Below are positions 1-7,887 of a stretch of 64,000 nt of DNA, piece after piece. Source of the DNA: Planctomycetota bacterium (GTDB lineage Bacteria; Planctomycetota; JAJSAM01; JAJVHW01); NCBI GenBank assembly GCA_965248445.1, contig CBDFJG010000001.1, forward strand, positions 448,001-512,000, given 5' to 3'. Each line of letters begins with the position of its first letter. The first letter of the stretch is position 1. The notes beneath the pieces were generated by a model. It was not told the DNA's origin. It saw only the letters and a list, made by a program, of their open reading frames with translations, and did no database searches. A program made the translations under genes and the position numbers.

Positions 1-98
1 ACCAGAGCCAGTACGCGCGCAGCCACCAGCGCGACGAACCACACGAACGTGTGAATGCAGAGCGCAGCAGCTCGGACCCCAGCCCTCAGGTGTCCCAT
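1..98 (-). CDS. N-terminal part of a membrane protein, probably a lysophospholipid acyltransferase (OlsA/PlsC-like); runs off the window edge
   Basis: ATG at 98 gives MGHLRAGVRAAALCIHTFVWFVALVAARVLAL, which is hydrophobic. It lies directly downstream of the OlsB-like GNAT, so the product is inferred from context only. Confidence 0.4.
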   Translation of the reverse strand, partial: MGHLRAGVRAAALCIHTFVWFVALVAARVLAL

Positions 99-129
99 GT
101 CGTGTCGATCCGTGCTCTCGGCGAGTCGC

Positions 130-921
130 TCACCGCGTGAAGGTCCGGAACGTCCGCTCGTCCATCGCGGCGACGTCGAGAATCGTGAGGAAGTCGATCG
201 TGCCGAAGAAGCGGTCGAGAGCCGGCTCGCTGGCCACCTTGGCTCCATAGCGCAGGTAGGTGCTGAACAGCGTAGGGATGGGTGCGTCCTCGCGACTCGG
301 CACGTAGTCGTCCACGACACACGCGTAGCTCGGCAGCACGGGCACGAGCCAATCCGGGTGCGCGTGTCCCATGCGCCGCAGCTGATCGTGGAAGCGGAGG
401 CCCTCGAGCGGGTCCTGGCTCGTCAGTGACGAGCATCCGAAGAAGTAGCGCTTCCTGTTCCACAGCACATATGAGGCGAGCCCCTTCCAGAGCAGGAACA
501 GGACGGTGCGGTTGCGATGCTCCTTCGCGATGCACGCGCGACCGAGCTCGATCGACTGCGCGACGACTTCCGCAGGGAGGCCCGAGAGATCGAACTCGGT
601 TTCCGCGTAGAAACCGTTCGCACGCTCGGCAGACTCGGCCACCTGCATCCGGTAGGTGCCGATGGTGCTGTCGCTCTCGTCGTCGATCACCATGACGTGC
701 TCGCATTGTGCGTCGAAGCGGTCCGAGTCCCTGCCGGTGTCGAACGACTCTTCTAGTCCCTCCCCCATCTCGAGGTTGAACACCTCGAAGCGCATGCGAA
801 ACACGGCATCGAGGTCGGCCTCCGACCGCGCGAAGCGGACCCGGTACCGGCCGCGAACGTGATCGAGGTCCGGCGTCAGAGCTGTGAGTGCCGACCGACG
901 GGCGTGGACGGTGTCGGACAT
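130..921 (-). CDS. GNAT-fold N-acyltransferase (OlsB-like / N-acyl amino acid synthase family)
   Basis: Motifs RMRFEVFNLEMGEG, DxDRFD..CEH, GTYRM, ELGRACI..EHR and YLRYGAKV..PALDRFFGTIDF. Confidence 0.85.
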   Translation of the reverse strand: MSDTVHARRSALTALTPDLDHVRGRYRVRFARSEADLDAVFRMRFEVFNLEMGEGLEESFDTGRDSDRFDAQCEHVMVIDDESDSTIGTYRMQVAESAERANGFYAETEFDLSGLPAEVVAQSIELGRACIAKEHRNRTVLFLLWKGLASYVLWNRKRYFFGCSSLTSQDPLEGLRFHDQLRRMGHAHPDWLVPVLPSYACVVDDYVPSREDAPIPTLFSTYLRYGAKVASEPALDRFFGTIDFLTILDVAAMDERTFRTFTR

Positions 922-930
922 GACGCTCTC

Positions 931-1686
931 CTACTCGAGTCTCCTATACGTCCCCGGATCGGCGTAGAGCACGAGCTGATCGCCCGCTCGACGCAGCGTG
1001 CCGGTGACTTCGAGTGGCTCGGCCACCATGTCGAGCACCTCGCTGTTCACGGTGCGGCCCTCGGACGAGACGAGAAGGTAGTACGTCGCGATCCCCGATG
1101 CGTCGCGGGCCAGCAGGACCGGCGGGATCCCACCGCTGATGCAGCGGGTCGCACACGCGCGGTGCGGCTTCAGATTTCCGGGCTTCATCACTCCGAGGAA
1201 GCACTTGCTGTCGACGATCTCACCTCGGATCGTCTGCCGTCCCAGATCCTCAATCACGGACGAAGGCGGCGGCCCCGCCCCGGCGACCTGCTCGATCGTC
1301 CCGTCCGCGATCTCGATCATGGTGCGGTGATCGCGGTAGACCAGCGTGCCATCGAGGCGAACGCGCTGTCCGTCCAGTCCACTGACGGCATCGCCGGCGC
1401 CGTGTTTCCCGAACACGACGAGCAGGTAGCGCGACGTGCCCGCTCCGGTACCCGGACGCTCGACGATCAGCGTCGGATAGGGCTTCGCCTCGATCCAGCC
1501 CTCGAACGAACGCACCGTGCCGAACTCGAAGTTCGATTGCGCGAACGGTCTCTGACTCGCGGAGAACACGGCCGCAAGTGCGACGCACGCGACGAGCACG
1601 ATCAGGAGCCGGCCGCGGACGAACCGCGCCAGCGATGCGGGCGCGTCGGGCTTGTACCCGACGTAGAAGTCGCCGTCGTCAGCCAT
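931..1686 (-). CDS. Conserved hypothetical protein with an N-terminal TM helix, two OB-like repeats and a Cys/His motif
   Basis: 251-aa ORF with DSKCFLGVMKPGNLKPHRACATRCISGGIPP; overlaps the upstream gene by 8 nt. Confidence 0.8.
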   Translation of the reverse strand: MADDGDFYVGYKPDAPASLARFVRGRLLIVLVACVALAAVFSASQRPFAQSNFEFGTVRSFEGWIEAKPYPTLIVERPGTGAGTSRYLLVVFGKHGAGDAVSGLDGQRVRLDGTLVYRDHRTMIEIADGTIEQVAGAGPPPSSVIEDLGRQTIRGEIVDSKCFLGVMKPGNLKPHRACATRCISGGIPPVLLARDASGIATYYLLVSSEGRTVNSEVLDMVAEPLEVTGTLRRAGDQLVLYADPGTYRRLE

Positions 1687-2746
1687 CGTTCACCACCTCG
1701 GACGCGCCGGGGATCGCCGCCGGCGTAACGTGAGTGCCGGCGGCCAGCGGCTGCGGGTGGACGAGGACTCGCCCGTCCTCGACGCGCACGCGGAACGTCG
1801 GCACCTTCTCCGTGAACGGCTCGGGCGATCGCCCGCAGTCCGGCTTGTACTCGTAGCCGTGCCACGGGCAGACGACGCACCCATTGACGATTCGCCCTTC
1901 GCCCAGCGGACCGTTCTGGTGCTGGCACGCGTTCGAGAGAGCGGAGACCTTCCCGTCGTACCGGAAGACCGCGACGCGATCTCCGGAGAGGGCGAACGTG
2001 CGCCCGCGACCCTCTCTGAGATCGCCGACCGCGCAGAGGTCCACGAACCCTTCGTCCCGTGTTGCCGGGCGCGCCGGTTCCGCGTCCCGGCGCCGCTCCC
2101 GCAGGCCCGCAACGAGGTGCAACCCGAGCACCCAGGCCATGCCGACACCGAGGGCGCCGGCCAGGATCGGACTCGTCTCGGCCTGCAACACGCCGAGAAC
2201 CACGTGCATGACGATCAGTCCGTACGCGAGATACACGAGCATGTGCAGCGCCTTCCAGAGCGGCGCCGTCAGGTTCGCGAGCCAGAAGTCATGGCTTGTG
2301 GCCGCCATGAGAAACAGGATGCCGAGAGCGATCAGACCGAGCGGTTGGAACGGGAACTGCGCGATGCTCTCGAACCGCGTGTTGGAGACCAGCACACTGA
2401 CGAGGGGGTTCACATCGCCCAGTGCGTGGAACTGTACGAGCGAGAACCCGCCGTGCAGCAGCGCCACGAAGAACATCGAGACGCCCAGGTGCCTGCGGTT
2501 GTAGAGCAGCGGCAGGAAGCGGCGATCGAGGCGGCACAGCGGACCGATCGACAGGACCACGTGGAGCATCAAGAACGCGCAGGTGCCGAGCGCCCGGATG
2601 AGCATGGTCTCGGCCGTCGCCTCCGGGTGGATCGCGAACCCCGCCCCCACGAAGATGGCGAGATACCCGACCACGCCGACCGCGATGACCTTGTCGTAGA
2701 TCTTCTTCTGGCGATTCCAGCCGACAGCCTTGTAGGTGAGACTCAT
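1679..2746 (-). CDS. Ferric-reductase-like/MsrQ-type heme b membrane domain fused to a C-terminal Rieske [2Fe-2S] domain
   Basis: Start MSLTYKAVGWN at 2746; TM helices with RRHLG, LLHGG, WKALH and VMH; Rieske motif CQH..CPWH. Confidence 0.85.
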   Translation of the reverse strand: MSLTYKAVGWNRQKKIYDKVIAVGVVGYLAIFVGAGFAIHPEATAETMLIRALGTCAFLMLHVVLSIGPLCRLDRRFLPLLYNRRHLGVSMFFVALLHGGFSLVQFHALGDVNPLVSVLVSNTRFESIAQFPFQPLGLIALGILFLMAATSHDFWLANLTAPLWKALHMLVYLAYGLIVMHVVLGVLQAETSPILAGALGVGMAWVLGLHLVAGLRERRRDAEPARPATRDEGFVDLCAVGDLREGRGRTFALSGDRVAVFRYDGKVSALSNACQHQNGPLGEGRIVNGCVVCPWHGYEYKPDCGRSPEPFTEKVPTFRVRVEDGRVLVHPQPLAAGTHVTPAAIPGASEVVNDG

Positions 2747-3219
2747 CGCGCTGCTCCGACGTCGGCGCGTCCGACGATCTCCTGGTGCGCCAGGCTGTAG
2801 AGCACAAGGTCGCCCGTGTCCCGCCGGCCTTCCGGGACATCGAAGCGGTGCAAGCCCGAGCCGCCGACCGTGCCCAGCAGATACGCGTCCGCCGGAATCC
2901 CATCGCCCTCGACTCCCGACAGCGACCAATAGAGCAGCAGGTCCGGCCGGCGCAGATCGTCGCCCACCTCGAGTTCGATCGAGTTGCCGCCCGGCGGCGG
3001 GCCGCCGGCCAGGCGACGCGTCACGATCGGCAGCTCGCCCCACAGCGTCGCCGACTCCCATAGGAGGTGACCGGACTGCACCACGGACTGTCCCGGCGCA
3101 GGGCCGTCGGTGCTGGGAATCTCCGTGCGCGCGAGCAGCCCGGCGGCGAAGCCCACCGGTAGCAACAGAGCAAGCGCGGCCAGGACACGGAGGTGGCGCG
3201 AGCGGAGGCGGCTGATCAC
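2743..3219 (-). CDS. Hypothetical protein with an N-terminal TM/signal segment
   Basis: GTG start overlaps the upstream stop (GTGA); contains PDLLLYW and LVLYSLAHQEIV; its stop overlaps the next ATG. Confidence 0.7.
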   Translation of the reverse strand: MISRLRSRHLRVLAALALLLPVGFAAGLLARTEIPSTDGPAPGQSVVQSGHLLWESATLWGELPIVTRRLAGGPPPGGNSIELEVGDDLRRPDLLLYWSLSGVEGDGIPADAYLLGTVGGSGLHRFDVPEGRRDTGDLVLYSLAHQEIVGRADVGAAR

Positions 3220-3479
3220 GTGAGGCTCTCCGCTGCATCTCGGTGCGCGGATCGCTCCGTCGGCGGAGCCGCGTCCCGGCGGGCCCAGCGCAGCAGGAGG
3301 TACGGCCACAGGGCCGCGGCGCCCGGCAGGATCAACAGTTTGAATCCCCAGGTGCTGCCGGCAGCAACCGGATCGATCCGGCGCGCGCCAACGCTCGCAA
3401 ACGCGATTGCGAACAGCAGTCCGATGCCCGCATAGAGCAGCAGCGCCAGGACGATCGCCTCCGCTGTCCCGTGAGACAT
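3216..3479 (-). CDS. Small two-TM membrane protein
   Basis: 87 aa, with YAGIGLLFAIAF..GARRIDP..GFKLLILPGAAALWP; purine-rich RBS upstream. Confidence 0.75.
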   Translation of the reverse strand: MSHGTAEAIVLALLLYAGIGLLFAIAFASVGARRIDPVAAGSTWGFKLLILPGAAALWPYLLLRWARRDAAPPTERSAHRDAAESLT

Positions 3480-3655
3480 TCAGCCTTCCCCTCCGTGCGC
3501 GACCTCGAATGGCCCAACGCGGTAGGCTCTCCGAACCGAGACCCACGTCTCCCCATTCCGTCCCTGCACGATTTTGCCGTACCTCGTCTCCGGGCCGTGC
3601 AGAGGAATATGAGGAGCTACCGGAGGGTTCGACAGGCTCGACAGCAGGGGGAAGC

Positions 3656-5284
3656 ATGGGGAACGTGTCCGTTGCGCGCTGGGATGAACTGGAGGACCGC
3701 GCTCCGGCGCATGCTCTGGTCGAGGGTGTCGACCTCGTGGTCGTCCGCTACGACGACAGTGTGTCCGTTTTCTACGGACGCTGTCTGCACCGCGGGGCAC
3801 TGCTCTCCGACGGCTTCGTGCGCGGCCAGGATCTGATCTGCGGCGTCCACGACTGGGACTACCGGCTGGACAGCGGGGTCAGCGCGTACAAGAACGACGA
3901 GGTGCTCCCTCGCTTCCGCTCCTGGCGCGAGGACGGCAACGTCCTGGTGGATGACACCGAGATCGCCGCGTGGGCGCTCGAGCATCCGCAGCCGTTCAAC
4001 CGGGCGGCGTTCCAGGGCGCGTATCAGGACATCCACGGCACTCCGGACGAGCCCCGCACCAAGCTGATCCAGAAGCTCGCAGCGAAGGGCATCGAGGGCG
4101 TCGGGCACCACGGCCCGGTGGCGGCCATGGGAGTACCGGCACCGAACCTCCCTCGGTGGGACGACATCCAGTTCGTGACAGCGCAGCTCTGGAAGGTCCC
4201 CCAGCTCGATGAGGTGCCGGTCGCCAGCGAGGTGGTGATCGGGCCGGGGGCAAAGAAGCCACTGCGGCTCGATATCCCGCTCTTCGTATCGGACATGAGC
4301 TTCGGCGCGCTGTCCGAGGAGGCGAAGGTGTCGCTCGCGATGGGCGCGGAGCTCGCCGGGACCGGGATCTGTTCCGGCGAGGGCGGGATGCTGCCCGAGG
4401 AGCAGGCCGAGAACTCGCGCTACTTCTACGAGCTCGCATCCGCCCGCTTCGGCTTCTCCATGGACAAGCTGCGACGCGTGCAAGCGTTCCACTTCAAGGG
4501 CGGTCAGGGTGCGAAGACCGGCACCGGAGGCCACCTGCCGGGGTCGAAGGTGAAGGGCAAGATCGCGGAGGTGCGCCAGCTCCCCGAGGGGCAACAGGCG
4601 GTCTCGCCGGCTCGGTTCCCCGAGTGGGACTCTCTCGAACCGTTCAAGGAGTTCTCCCACGCCGTGCGCGAGGAGACCGGGGGGATCCCGATCGGGTTCA
4701 AGCTCTCGGCCCAGCACGTGGAGAAGGACATCGACGCCGCCCTCGAGATCGGCGTCGACTACATCATCCTGGACGGCCGCGGCGGCGGCACCGGTGCGGC
4801 ACCGCTCATCTTCCGCAACAACATCTCCGTGCCGACCATCCCGGCGCTGGCGCGCGCGCGGCGCCACCTTGATCGCTGTGGCGCGGACCAGGTGTCGCTC
4901 GTCATCACCGGCGGCCTGCGCGTACCGGACGACTTCGCGAAGGCGTTGGCGCTCGGCGCCGACGCGGTCGCGGTGTCGAACGCCGCCATGCAGGCGATCG
5001 GCTGCATCGCGATGCGCGCGTGCCACACCAACAACTGCCCTGTCGGGATCGCGACACAGAAGAAGCACCTGCGCGAGCGCCTCCCGGTGAACGAAGCAGC
5101 CAAGCGGCTGCACCGGTTCTTCCACGCATCGACGCACCTCATGCAGGTGCTGGCGCGAGCCTGCGGGCACACGCGCCTCGATCAGTTCAACGTCGACGAC
5201 CTGACGACCTGGAAGCGCGACATGGCGCACCTCGCGGGCATCCGCTACGCGGGCGTGGGGTCGGTACAGGGAGAGGACCGGTGA
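3656..5284 (+). CDS. Rieske domain fused to an FMN-binding glutamate-synthase-like domain
   Basis: Rieske CLH..CGVH; SDMSFGALS, SGEGG, KGGQGAKTGTGGHLPG, DGRGGGTGAAP and the [3Fe-4S] motif CIAMRACHTNNCP. No glutamine amidotransferase domain. Confidence 0.9.
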   Translation: MGNVSVARWDELEDRAPAHALVEGVDLVVVRYDDSVSVFYGRCLHRGALLSDGFVRGQDLICGVHDWDYRLDSGVSAYKNDEVLPRFRSWREDGNVLVDDTEIAAWALEHPQPFNRAAFQGAYQDIHGTPDEPRTKLIQKLAAKGIEGVGHHGPVAAMGVPAPNLPRWDDIQFVTAQLWKVPQLDEVPVASEVVIGPGAKKPLRLDIPLFVSDMSFGALSEEAKVSLAMGAELAGTGICSGEGGMLPEEQAENSRYFYELASARFGFSMDKLRRVQAFHFKGGQGAKTGTGGHLPGSKVKGKIAEVRQLPEGQQAVSPARFPEWDSLEPFKEFSHAVREETGGIPIGFKLSAQHVEKDIDAALEIGVDYIILDGRGGGTGAAPLIFRNNISVPTIPALARARRHLDRCGADQVSLVITGGLRVPDDFAKALALGADAVAVSNAAMQAIGCIAMRACHTNNCPVGIATQKKHLRERLPVNEAAKRLHRFFHASTHLMQVLARACGHTRLDQFNVDDLTTWKRDMAHLAGIRYAGVGSVQGEDR

Positions 5285-7210
5285 CCGCACCGCAGGCCGG
5301 GAGCACCGAGAGCCGCACCGTCTGGCACCGCGCCCTCGCGCCCGAAGAGTTGCCGGAGGGGCGTGTCACCTCCGTCACCTGCGGACTGAAGACGCTCTGC
5401 GTGACGCACTTCGGTGGCGAGTACGCGGCGCTCGACAACCGTTGCCCTCACCAGGGTGGCCCGCTCGGCGAAGGCTCCATCGAGAAAGGACTGTTGCGCT
5501 GCCCCTGGCACGGCTGGGACTACCACCCGACCACGGGCAAGGCGCCCGGCTTCGACGACGGTGTGGAGACGTTCCCGATACAGGTTCGCGAGGACGGCGT
5601 CTACGTGGGCCTCGAAGAGGAGCAGCCGCACGTCACCACGGTCTCCGACGTGATGGTCGAGACGATGGTGAACTGGGGTGTCACGTCGGTGTTCGGCATC
5701 GTGGGACACAGCAACCTCGGGCTCTCGGACGCCGTCCGCGTCCAGGCCGAGGGCGGCGGACTGCAGTACTTCGGGGTTCGTCACGAGGGCGCCGCGTCGT
5801 TCGCCGTGTCCGCCTACGGCAAGCTCACCGGGCGGCCTGCCGCATGCCTTGCAATCGCGGGTCCCGGCGCGACGAACCTGCTCACGGGACTGTGGGACGC
5901 GAACGTGGACCGCGCACCGGCGCTGGCACTGACCGGTCAGGTCGACACCCAGGTCCTCGGCCCCGGCGCGTTCCAGGAAGTGGACCTCGTCGCGGCATTC
6001 GGCCGTGTAGCGCAGTGGGCACAACCGGTGCTGCACACGAGCAGACATTCGGAACTCGTGAATCTCGCGTGCAAGAGCGCGATCCTGAATCGCGGGGTGT
6101 CGCACCTGATCTTCCCCGACGAGGTGCAGGTGCTGCCCGCGCCCGCCGGAGCGAAGGCGGGCGGACCGGCTGGGCGGCTGCCCGCTCGCGAGATCGCACC
6201 GGCTGCGGAGGCACTTGATGAGGCTCTCGCGCTGCTGCGCCGGTCCAAGCGCCCGCTGATCATCGTCGGCCACGGCGCGCGCTTCCACATGGACGGCGTG
6301 ATCGCGTTGGCGGAGCGACTGGGCGCCGCGGTCGCCACCACGTTCAAGGGAAAGGGCCTGATCGCAGACGACCACGAGCTCGCGTGTGGTGTGCTCGGGC
6401 GCAGCGGGACCCCCATCGCCAGACACGGGGATCACACCCAAGAGGCCGACCATCCAGGTCGACTTCGACGCGATGACGCTGGGCAAGTTCCACGCCGTGG
6501 ACGTGCCCGTGCTGGGCGAGATCGGCGTCACGACAGGGCTTCTGAGAGAGCGCCTGACTGACGGCGACCTCTGGGTCGACCAGCGGTCGGATGTGGCGGC
6601 CCGTTGGACGATCTGGCGCGCAGAGAAGACCCGTCGCGAACAGGACGACTCCGGCAGCGGCATCAACTCGGCGGCCATCTTCGCTGCGCTGAACAGGACG
6701 CTGCCCGCGGACGCGATCATCGCCGTCGACGTCGGCAACAACACCTACTCGTTCGGACGCTACTTCGAGCCGCGGCAACAGGCCGTGCTGATGTCGGGTT
6801 ACCTGGGTTCGATCGGATTTGCCCTGCCGGCGGCGATGGGTGCATGGGCCGCGACGCAGGAAGACGATCCACGCTTCAAGGGCCGCACCGTGGTCTCCAT
6901 CTCGGGCGATGGCGGGTTCGGCCAGTACATGGTCGAACTGCTCACAGCGGTGAAGTACGGCATGAACATCACACACGTCCTGCTGAACAACAGCGAACTG
7001 GGGAAGATCAGCAAGGAGCAGCGCGCCGGCAAGTGGCACGTCTGGCAGACATCACTGCACAACCCCGACTTCGCGGAGTACGCCCGCATCTGCGGCGCAC
7101 ACGGGGCGCGCGTGACCGAGAAGAGCGACCTGGATGCCGCGCTCTCGGCTGCCCTGGCGTACGACGGCCCGGCGCTGGTCGAGATCGTCTCCGACGCGCT
7201 GCTCGTGTAG
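5281..7210 (+). pseudogene. Rieske domain fused to a TPP-dependent enzyme (pyruvate oxidase/acetolactate synthase-like), frameshifted near 6422 (pseudogene or assembly error)
   Basis: Frame 1 has CPH..CPWH, RHEGAA, GPGATN and GRSGTPIA. A second frame resumes at TGITPKRPTIQVD and carries DVGNN and GDGGF...NN to the stop at 7210. Confidence 0.75.
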
Positions 7211-7228
7211 CAGACGCAGGCGAGCCGT

Positions 7229-7266
7229 TCAGTACACGATGCGGTCGGGCTCGACGGCGGGCGTGA
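7229..7266 (-). repeat. Displaced duplicate of the 3' end of CDS 7888-10092
   Basis: 7229-7250 is identical to 7888-7909 (22 nt); 33/38 nt match overall; encodes TPAVEPDRIVY* versus TPALVPDRIVY*. Confidence 0.85.
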
Positions 7267-7417
7267 GGCGCCGTCGATCGTCGCCTGCCGTGGTAGGTTC
7301 TCGCTGCGTTCGATGGTCACCCGAGCACAAGCGATCGAAAGCCGCGGCGTTGTCCGCGCCGCGAGAGCACATCCCGGAGACTGAGATGCAGAAGAGCCCC
7401 GTCACGGGGTCGGACCA

Positions 7418-7774
7418 ATGCCGCACGAGCTAACCGTTGCGGTCGAATGGGTCGTCCACGCGATCAACATCGTCACCATCCTGGTGCTCGTCTGGGGCGT
7501 TGCGCGCGGATTCGTGCAGTTCGTCGCGTGCGAGCTGCGCCGCGTCGGTTCGGCCGCGCGCGCCGCCGCGCAGGCGAGGCTGCGCCGGCAGGTCGGGTTC
7601 TACCTGCTCTTCGGCCTCGAACTGTTGATCGCCGGCGACGTGATCGAGACCATGATCAAGCCAAGCCTGGAGCAACTGGCGATCCTCGCAGGAGTTTCGG
7701 CGATCCGTATCGTCACTGGGTACGCCCTCGGGCGCGAGTTGAGTGCAGAACACGAGGGCGTTTCGAACGCCTGA
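7418..7774 (+). CDS. DUF1622 family membrane protein
   Basis: Motifs LRRQVGFYLLFGLELLIAGDVIETM..PS and AIRIVTGYALGREL. Confidence 0.85.
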   Translation: MPHELTVAVEWVVHAINIVTILVLVWGVARGFVQFVACELRRVGSAARAAAQARLRRQVGFYLLFGLELLIAGDVIETMIKPSLEQLAILAGVSAIRIVTGYALGRELSAEHEGVSNA

Positions 7775-7887
7775 TGGCAGCTCGCTTCGATGCATAGCGC
7801 CGCCGGACCCGACGAACTGCCCCGTCGTCCCCGCTACGCGGGCGCGGGTTCGGTGCACGGAGAGCACCGATGAAGGTGCGTTGACCG

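Noticed and set aside
86..133. Possible second TGA read-through near the window start
   Set aside because: The hydrophobic downstream protein is explained by its own ATG at 98 in a different frame, and there is no Cys-equivalent context.
6400..6440. Programmed ribosomal frameshift in the TPP enzyme gene
   Set aside because: There is no slippery heptamer, and conserved residues appear to be missing, so a deletion explains it better.
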